Shown here one piece after another: positions 17,903 through 24,395 of a DNA stretch of 32,000 nt. The notes beneath the pieces are model-generated. The model worked only from the letters and a program-made list of their open reading frames with translations. It did not search any database and was not told where the DNA came from. Numbering within the stretch: position 1 is the first letter of the stretch; each line of letters begins with the position of its first letter. The position numbers were made by a program, and so were the translations under genes. Origin of the DNA: Croceivirga radicis (GTDB taxonomy: Bacteria > Bacteroidota > Bacteroidia > Flavobacteriales > Flavobacteriaceae). The stretch lies in assembly GCF_002072105.2 (NCBI RefSeq), contig NZ_MTBC01000004.1, positions 250,913 through 282,912 of the forward strand, given 5' to 3'.

Positions 17903-19021
17903 ATGAAATTCATAGTATCTAGTACGTATTTATTAAAACAACTACAAGTTTTGGGCGGTGTAATCAACAATAGTAACACCTTGCCAATTTTAGATAACTT
18001 TTTGTTCGATTTAAAACAGAACAGCTTAACCGTATCCGCTTCTGATTTGGAAACCACCATGAGTTCCGTAATCGAGGTAGATTCAGATTCTGAGGGACTA
18101 ATTGCTTTACCGGCAAAATTACTATTGGACACCTTAAAAACGTTTCCGGAACAACCGCTAACCTTTGTGGTAGAAGACAACAATACGGTAGAAATTAGTT
18201 CTAACCATGGTAAGTATGCCCTAGCCTATGCAGATGGTGCAGAATTTCCTAAAGCAATAGAACTTACAGAACCTAGTTCTACTACTATTTTAGGCGATGT
18301 GTTGGCAACGGCCATCAATAAAACCATTTTTGCCGCGGGTAATGATGACCTACGCCCGGTGATGAGCGGAGTGTTTTTTCAATTTTCTCCAGAAAGCCTA
18401 ACATTTGTTTCTACAGATGCGCATAAATTGGTAAAATACCAGAGAGAAGATATTAGTGCTTCTGAGGTTGCAGAATTTATTATGCCTAAAAAACCTTTGA
18501 ATCTCTTAAAAGGAATTTTAGCTGGTTCTGAAAGCGAGGTAAAAATTGAATATAACGAAAGTAACGCCAAGTTTACGTTTGATAATAGTGAACTTATTTG
18601 TAGGTTAATTGACGGTAAGTACCCTAATTATGAAGCGGTAATACCAAAAGAAAACCCAAACGTGCTAAGCATATCCCGTTCCCAGTTTTTGAGTAGTGTA
18701 AAGCGTGTATCTATTTTCTCTAACAAAACAACCCATCAAATACGATTAAAAGTTGCAGGCGCGGAATTAAACATTTCTGCAGAAGATGTAGATTACAGCA
18801 ACAAAGCGGAAGAGCGTTTGTCTTGTGCATACCAAGGAGACGACATGCAAATTGGCTTTAACTCGCGCTTTTTAGTAGAAATGTTAAACAACCTTTCTTC
18901 TGATGATGTTACCCTAGAAATGAGCTTGCCCAACAGAGCGGGTATATTAACCCCCGCAGATGGTCTTGATGAGGGAGAAAAAGTAACCATGTTGGTAATG
19001 CCAGTTATGTTAAACGGATAA
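17903..19021 (+). CDS. dnaN: DNA polymerase III beta subunit (sliding clamp)
   Basis: MKFIVSSTYLLKQLQVLGGVINNSNTLPILDNFLFD; ATDAHKLVKYQRED; C-terminal MLVMPVMLNG. ATG at 17903 preferred over the TTG at 17900. Confidence 0.96.
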   Translation: MKFIVSSTYLLKQLQVLGGVINNSNTLPILDNFLFDLKQNSLTVSASDLETTMSSVIEVDSDSEGLIALPAKLLLDTLKTFPEQPLTFVVEDNNTVEISSNHGKYALAYADGAEFPKAIELTEPSSTTILGDVLATAINKTIFAAGNDDLRPVMSGVFFQFSPESLTFVSTDAHKLVKYQREDISASEVAEFIMPKKPLNLLKGILAGSESEVKIEYNESNAKFTFDNSELICRLIDGKYPNYEAVIPKENPNVLSISRSQFLSSVKRVSIFSNKTTHQIRLKVAGAELNISAEDVDYSNKAEERLSCAYQGDDMQIGFNSRFLVEMLNNLSSDDVTLEMSLPNRAGILTPADGLDEGEKVTMLVMPVMLNG

Positions 19022-19043
19022 TACCAAAAGAGATAATCTTCAT

Positions 19044-19071
19044 AAAAACCACCGTTTTCACGGTGGTTTTT
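19044..19071. terminator. Bidirectional terminator between dnaN and the copper-associated gene cluster
   Basis: AAAAACCACCG-TTTTCA-CGGTGGTTTTT, 11-bp perfect stem between convergent genes. Confidence 0.92.
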
Positions 19072-19080
19072 TGTTTTATT

Positions 19081-20076
19081 CTATAACGTGTAATTCAAGT
19101 AAAATAGCAAACGCTGTTTTATTTTAACATCGTCTGCAAATAATTCTTGACGTAAGGGAATACCAATGTCCGCACCTACAACCAATCTTTTTAGACTCAA
19201 CTCTGCCCCTATTGTACCCAAATGCATATACCCATTGGTATCTGGTAATTGGTCTCCGTACTGTTCTATTTTTTGGAAAAAATCGCCACTTAACCCTACA
19301 AATGGGGCTAATACGTTTGTACCTACCAAAAAACCATTGAACACCTTGGCATTATAGCTTAGTTGGTCTCCAAATCGATACGCGTTCCTGTTTTCGCCTT
19401 TTAAAAAATAGCTTCCTGTAGCGTTAATCCCAAACATGTTCTTGCTATAGCTATAGCCAGCGGAAAAAATAGCATCGGTACTACCGGTACCCAATTGAAA
19501 ACCTGGATTTACCCTTTCCGTAAGTACTTGTTCAAATTCACCCGTTGGTAGCTTTATTCCCATTCCAAACCGTAGGGAATGACCTGTAAACACCGGCATT
19601 GAAATCCTGCTTGCATCAGCATCCTCATCTTGAATCTGGTTCTTTTTAAAATTTAGGGTATACCAACCTATTAAACTAATATCCCCTAGACCGTTCAACT
19701 GCTCCGTACGGTCTGTAAACTCCCTATTTAAATCTTGGTAGGGTACCGTTGCCGTAATATGAAAATTAGAGGCAATTGGTATTTTTGCCCATACTTGATA
19801 GGTATTAAAATGTTCCTGACTAGTAGGACTGTTCTCAAAAATACCATCCTTAGATTTAAACTGCTGATAACTATAGCGAACACCTATAAAGTTGGTATTA
19901 CCCAACGTTCCAAAGCCAAAATTCCCTCCCGTTGTGGCACAGCCACAGAAATCGCAATCAAATTTGTATGTTCCCAAAGGTTTCGGGCAAGGATTGGCAT
20001 TTGCCATAAATGCTACCAAAATAGAATAGAGAAATAGACTAAAACTCCGCAAACCTTTTGTCTTCAATAAATTCAT
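19081..20076 (-). CDS. Putative outer-membrane beta-barrel protein with N-terminal CDFCGC motif, downstream of the MbnH homolog
   Basis: Signal-like N-terminus, then NPCPKPLGTYKFDCDFCGCATTGGNFGFGTLGNTNFIGVRYSY. Alternating beta-strand pattern and a C-terminal aromatic-containing strand (KQRLLFYLNYTL). Confidence 0.7.
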   Translation of the reverse strand: MNLLKTKGLRSFSLFLYSILVAFMANANPCPKPLGTYKFDCDFCGCATTGGNFGFGTLGNTNFIGVRYSYQQFKSKDGIFENSPTSQEHFNTYQVWAKIPIASNFHITATVPYQDLNREFTDRTEQLNGLGDISLIGWYTLNFKKNQIQDEDADASRISMPVFTGHSLRFGMGIKLPTGEFEQVLTERVNPGFQLGTGSTDAIFSAGYSYSKNMFGINATGSYFLKGENRNAYRFGDQLSYNAKVFNGFLVGTNVLAPFVGLSGDFFQKIEQYGDQLPDTNGYMHLGTIGAELSLKRLVVGADIGIPLRQELFADDVKIKQRLLFYLNYTL

Positions 20077-21088
20077 TATCCGTTAATGTTTTTAAAAATG
20101 CTATTATATTTTCCTTTTCAGTAATTGATAAGGGTATACCCAAACTTCCGTTACTATCTATTAAGCTTGGATCCACAGTACCATTGGCAACCATGCCATT
20201 GGCATAAAAATCCATTACCGCTTCCAAGGTTCCAAACCTACCATCATGCATGTAAGGAAATGTCAGTTCTATATTCCTTAAACTAGGCACCCTAAATTTG
20301 TAATGGTCCTCTTGAAATCCACTTACTCTTTTTCGGCCTTCTTCTTCAGGAAAATTTGGGTTCATGGGTAACCCATTGTTTCTGTAGCTTTGGTCCGTAA
20401 ACAATTCGCCTGCATGGCAATTAGCACATTTTTGTCTAAAAGTTTCTAAACCGGCCAATTCTTTGTCCGTTAGTATTTCGCCTTCTCCCCTACTGTATTT
20501 GTCATATCTACTGTTACCAGAAACCATTTGCAGCATAAATTGGGATAGTGCTTTCAATAATCGCTCACTATTTATCACATCATCTCCATAGGCTTTGGTA
20601 AACAATTTAGGATATTCTTTGTCTGCCCTTAACTTAGAAAGTACGTTAGGGATACGCTCGTTCATTTCCACCTCGCTCGTTATAGGAATTATTGGTTGCA
20701 GGTCTAAATGCGTAGCTGCACCATCCCACGTAAATTCATTAAAAAAAGCAAGATTATGCAAGGGTTGTGCGTTTCTAAATCCTTCCAATCCATTAACACC
20801 GTGACTCACCGTATGCCCATGATGCGTAAAGGAAAACGCCTGTTCATGGCAAAAACCACAGCTAACAACACCGGTAGAAGACAAGCTTCCATCATAGAAT
20901 AGTTTCTTACCCAATTCAAAACCTTCCTCGGTTAAAGGGTTTACCTCTAAATTGTAGGCAACCTCAGGAAAGTTGGTAGGTATAGAAAGTTCCATTGGTG
21001 TTGGTACCGCTATATATTCTTCCTCAGCGTTGTTTTGGCATGCTATAATTACCGCAACAACAGCTAATAGTACTATCCACTTTTGCAT
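20039..21088 (-). CDS. MbnH/MauG-like di-heme cytochrome c peroxidase family lipoprotein
   Basis: Lipobox-like VIIAC; two heme motifs CGFCH and CANCH; HDGRFGTLEAVMDFYANG; adjacent to an MbnP homolog. Confidence 0.9.
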   Translation of the reverse strand: MQKWIVLLAVVAVIIACQNNAEEEYIAVPTPMELSIPTNFPEVAYNLEVNPLTEEGFELGKKLFYDGSLSSTGVVSCGFCHEQAFSFTHHGHTVSHGVNGLEGFRNAQPLHNLAFFNEFTWDGAATHLDLQPIIPITSEVEMNERIPNVLSKLRADKEYPKLFTKAYGDDVINSERLLKALSQFMLQMVSGNSRYDKYSRGEGEILTDKELAGLETFRQKCANCHAGELFTDQSYRNNGLPMNPNFPEEEGRKRVSGFQEDHYKFRVPSLRNIELTFPYMHDGRFGTLEAVMDFYANGMVANGTVDPSLIDSNGSLGIPLSITEKENIIAFLKTLTDNEFIEDKRFAEF

Positions 21089-21102
21089 TGCAATACCTAT
21101 TT

Positions 21103-21133
21103 ACCTTCCCCTTGTTATTAGCAAGGAGAAGGT
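21103..21133 (-). promoter_or_regulatory. Intercistronic hairpin between mbnP-like and mbnH-like genes
   Basis: Minus strand ACCTTCTCCTTG-CTAATAA-CAAGGGGAAGGT: 12-bp stem with one U-G wobble, no poly-U immediately after it on this strand. Confidence 0.6.
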
Positions 21134-21141
21134 TTTATTTT

Positions 21142-21924
21142 TTAGTTATGCACGTGGTCTACCGTGAAGATTTTAGAAGTATTCACCGCTATTTGTGGCG
21201 ATTTTACAGGATCTACATGAATTTGTGCCTTATCTGCCAAATACAAGATTGTTTCTGCGTTTAGAACGCCTGCCAAATCTGCAACTATATGGATTTCTGG
21301 AGCTATGTCGGTTCGCAATTTGGCGGAAACTGGTAAATCTAGGGTAATTTCCTTATAATTATCCAAGGCGCTACCATGGCTTCCCATGTGTATGGCAAAA
21401 GCAGTTTCTTCTGTACTGCCATCAGAACTAAAACTTCCCTCATAACGAATAAATTTATATCCTGCTTGCCAAGACCATAACATACCCGCATCTGTTGCAA
21501 TAGCTAAAAAATCGCCCTGCCCTTCAGCTCCTTGAAGGTATTTCTCTTGGTCTACCCCAATACCAAAACTAATTTTCGTGTAATTACCAGCTGGCACGTT
21601 GGGTAAAGAAATAAAGCGAGAATCGTTATCAGATTCATCAATAACAAAAAGAGATTCGTCTTTTGGATAGGTAAATACCGTACCGTCTTCTTGCGTAACA
21701 CTTATGTTGCTCACAATGTATTTAAAGGTATCTATAGTTAAGCGTTCGGTACCATTTCCTGGGTAAGAGGTTCCCAATAACAAATCGGAACCTGCATAGG
21801 CATTATCAAATTCAATTTTTAAGGTGCCTTCACCTGATATTTGGTCCACCTTGTCATCATCCTTACTACAAGACATACCTATAATTAGCAGCATACCAAA
21901 TGCCGCATATTTTAAAACTTTCAT
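21142..21924 (-). CDS. MbnP-like lipoprotein (copper-binding, candidate tryptophan-to-kynurenine substrate)
   Basis: Lipobox-like IIGMSC; GTLKIEFDNAYAGSDLLLG, LPNVPAGNYTKISFGIGVD, MLWSWQAGYKFIRYEG and FAIHMGSHGS match my knowledge of MbnP-family proteins. Confidence 0.87.
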   Translation of the reverse strand: MKVLKYAAFGMLLIIGMSCSKDDDKVDQISGEGTLKIEFDNAYAGSDLLLGTSYPGNGTERLTIDTFKYIVSNISVTQEDGTVFTYPKDESLFVIDESDNDSRFISLPNVPAGNYTKISFGIGVDQEKYLQGAEGQGDFLAIATDAGMLWSWQAGYKFIRYEGSFSSDGSTEETAFAIHMGSHGSALDNYKEITLDLPVSAKLRTDIAPEIHIVADLAGVLNAETILYLADKAQIHVDPVKSPQIAVNTSKIFTVDHVHN

Positions 21925-21999
21925 TCAATTGTTTTTATATGTAAATAGTACTATTAAAGGCTAGTACAAAAAGCCTAAAAAATAAAGGGAAAGAAAGTT

Positions 22000-22392
22000 T
22001 TAACCTATTGGAGGTCTTAAATTGGGCGTACCTGCGTATTGTTCCCACATATCTTCTTTAAAGTAGTTGTTCAATACCTTTTTAAAGGTTAGTGTAGGTA
22101 GCCTAACACCGTACTCCTGTGGTACAAATAAGGGAACAAAAGCTTCTAGTAATGATAGTACAGCATGATCTGCCTGTTGCTCTTTTTTGCTTTGATCTGC
22201 AGCAGCCAACTGCTCCATAAGGTAACATTTACCATTACACTCTAGCTCTGGCCGTTCTTTATTAATACAGTAGTTTTCTATGAAATAGTCAATATTGAAT
22301 TGAAAATAGGAAAAGTACCCTACAAAGTAAGCGGGCCTTAATGCAAAGATAACTAAGAAGAAAATGGCCAAATACTTTTTTACCGCTCCCAT
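22000..22392 (-). CDS. Small membrane-anchored protein with a Cys motif (YCINKERPELECNGKCYL), unknown function
   Basis: N-terminal transmembrane segment, three-Cys segment and compact C-terminus. ATG at 22392 (MGAVKKYLAIFF) preferred over the TTG at 22401. Confidence 0.7.
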   Translation of the reverse strand: MGAVKKYLAIFFLVIFALRPAYFVGYFSYFQFNIDYFIENYCINKERPELECNGKCYLMEQLAAADQSKKEQQADHAVLSLLEAFVPLFVPQEYGVRLPTLTFKKVLNNYFKEDMWEQYAGTPNLRPPIG

Positions 22393-22452
22393 TGGACACA
22401 AAATTAGGAGGTATTTAGGTTATAAAAAATATTTGGCGCAAACTTATTTTGC

Positions 22453-22815
22453 CTAACCGATGAAACGGATAGTTAAGAACTGACTAGGTGCTTCGCCATT
22501 GGCAGCTTTTACGGCATTTACAATCGGCAGCACAAAACCTAATATTCCAACAAAAATTAGCGATAAAATGCCCAGACCAAATAAAAGTATGGCTGGTATA
22601 CTTATAAGGATATAAAGTAGCATACTTAGTTGAAAATTGATAATGGATTTACCATGCTCGTCCATACCTTCAACATCGTTCTTAGATGCCAACCATAGAA
22701 TTAACGGTACTATAAAACCGCCAAATCCGGTTACGTAGTGCAATAACTGACTTAAGTGGGTTATGGCCAAAAGCGTATTATCCTTACGCATTGCCTTTGT
22801 GTGTGTAATTGTCAT
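22453..22815 (-). CDS. DUF4870 domain-containing small membrane protein
   Basis: LLAITHLSQLLHYVTGFGGFIVPLILWLASKNDVEGMDEHGKSIINFQLSMLLYILI. Start could also be 22791 or 22854. Confidence 0.85.
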   Translation of the reverse strand: MTITHTKAMRKDNTLLAITHLSQLLHYVTGFGGFIVPLILWLASKNDVEGMDEHGKSIINFQLSMLLYILISIPAILLFGLGILSLIFVGILGFVLPIVNAVKAANGEAPSQFLTIRFIG

Positions 22816-22889
22816 TTTGATTGATTTATTGATGAATACACTTATGTGACGCAATTTGTTTTAAAATGTTACAGCCCAGCTCTTATTTG

Positions 22890-22897
22890 TACTTTTG
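22890..22897 (+). promoter_or_regulatory. Candidate -7 element (TACTTTTG) immediately upstream of mnmE
   Basis: Matches TAnnTTTG; only 4 nt separate it from the ATG at 22902. Confidence 0.45.
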
Positions 22898-22901
22898 CAA
22901 C

Positions 22902-24272
22902 ATGTTATATGATGATACCATAATAGCCTTGGCCACCCCTTCTGGAATGGGTGCCATTGCCGTAATACGTATTTCTGGACCACAAGCAATTGAATGGGTA
23001 GATGCCCATTTTCAATCTATCCATAAGAAAAGACTGGCTACCCAAAAAAGCCATACTATACACCTGGGGTACATTAAAGATGGCGATAAGACATTAGACC
23101 AAGTATTGGTGTCCATTTTTAAAGGACCAAATTCGTACACGGGAGAACATGTTATAGAAATCTCTTGTCATGGTTCTATGTATATACAACAACAAGTAAT
23201 ACAGCTATTTTTAAAAAAGGGCTGCCGCATGGCTACAGAGGGCGAATTTACCCTACGCGCGTTCTTAAACGGTAAAATGGATTTGAGCCAAGCAGAAGCC
23301 GTGGCAGATTTAATTGCGTCAGACAGTAAGGCAAGTCACGAAATTGCATTACAACAAATGCGGGGTGGTTTTAGCAATCAAATACAAGAACTACGGGAAG
23401 AACTATTAAATTTTGCCTCTTTAATAGAGTTAGAATTGGATTTTTCCGAAGAAGACGTTGAGTTTGCGGACCGTACTCAATTTTTAAATTTATTAAACCG
23501 GATTACCGAAGTTTTAAAAGGGTTAATTGATTCTTTTGCCTTGGGTAATGTGTTAAAAGAAGGGATACCCGTAGCTATTGTAGGGGAACCTAATGTAGGT
23601 AAATCTACCTTGCTCAATGCTTTGCTAAACGAGGAAAGGGCTATTGTGAGTGATATTCCCGGTACCACTAGAGATACCGTTGAGGATCAAATAGCTATTG
23701 GTGGGGTTACGTTTAGGTTCATAGATACCGCAGGTATACGAGAAACAGAAGACCATGTAGAAAAAATAGGAATCCAACGGGCTTTTGAAAAAATTGAAAA
23801 AGCACAAGTGGTGCTCTATTTGTTTGAAGCCGGTAAAGATAAACTGGCAGAAATTAAACTGTTACAAGATAAATTTCCGCACAAACGTATTCTAGTTCTA
23901 GCGAATAAGGCAGAAAACCTTAATGAATCTGAAAAAACCAGCTTAAAAGAACGGTTACCAGAGGCCCTATTATTATCTGCCAAAACCGGCACGGGTCTTA
24001 AAGAGTTACAAGACACGCTTCTAGACCTAACCGTAAAAGGGCAATTGGGTAATAATAATACTATTGTAAGTAATAGTAGGCATTATGATTCTTTACTTAA
24101 AGCACTAGAAGAAATTACAAAAGTAAAAGAAGGTATGGACATAGGGCTAAGTAGCGATTTAGTAGCTATTGATATCAGAGAAGCCTTATATCATTTAGGC
24201 GAGATTACCGGCCAAGTTACCAATGACGAATTGTTGGGGAATATTTTTTCCAATTTCTGTATCGGCAAGTAG
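22902..24272 (+). CDS. mnmE: tRNA uridine-5-carboxymethylaminomethyl(34) synthesis GTPase MnmE
   Basis: MLYDDTIIALATPSGMGAIAVIRISG; Walker A GEPNVGKST; DTAGIRET; C-terminal FCIGK. Track start at 22866 is an N-terminal extension. Confidence 0.97.
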   Translation: MLYDDTIIALATPSGMGAIAVIRISGPQAIEWVDAHFQSIHKKRLATQKSHTIHLGYIKDGDKTLDQVLVSIFKGPNSYTGEHVIEISCHGSMYIQQQVIQLFLKKGCRMATEGEFTLRAFLNGKMDLSQAEAVADLIASDSKASHEIALQQMRGGFSNQIQELREELLNFASLIELELDFSEEDVEFADRTQFLNLLNRITEVLKGLIDSFALGNVLKEGIPVAIVGEPNVGKSTLLNALLNEERAIVSDIPGTTRDTVEDQIAIGGVTFRFIDTAGIRETEDHVEKIGIQRAFEKIEKAQVVLYLFEAGKDKLAEIKLLQDKFPHKRILVLANKAENLNESEKTSLKERLPEALLLSAKTGTGLKELQDTLLDLTVKGQLGNNNTIVSNSRHYDSLLKALEEITKVKEGMDIGLSSDLVAIDIREALYHLGEITGQVTNDELLGNIFSNFCIGK

Positions 24273-24334
24273 GCTTACTAGAAAATATATGAATCGATGA
24301 TTCTCTGTTAGTTGAAAACATTATTTGTTAAAGA

Positions 24335-24366
24335 AGAAAAGCTTCCAAATGCATGGAAGCTTTTCT
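24335..24366. terminator. Bidirectional terminator between mnmE and the GH115 operon
   Basis: AGAAAAGCTTCCA-AATGCA-TGGAAGCTTTTCT, 13-bp perfect stem between convergent genes. Confidence 0.92.
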
Positions 24367-24395
24367 AAACTAAAAACTAAACTAATTAACTAAAA

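Noticed and set aside
15381-19021. gldF-gldG next to dnaN as a novel linkage
   Set aside because: From general knowledge this neighbourhood is common in gliding Flavobacteriia, so it is not considered unusual.
20039-21088. Calling this gene a generic cytochrome c peroxidase for H2O2 detoxification
   Set aside because: The directly adjacent MbnP-like gene makes the MbnH-type assignment more specific, although activity is untested.
21957-21978. AGGCT...AGCCT inverted repeat between the Cys-motif gene and the MbnP-like gene
   Set aside because: Stem of only 5 bp with a 9-nt loop; too weak to call a terminator.
24367-24395. Short repeated ACTAA-like units after the mnmE/GH115 terminator
   Set aside because: Irregular low-complexity AT-rich sequence, no constant repeat or spacer length, not CRISPR-like.
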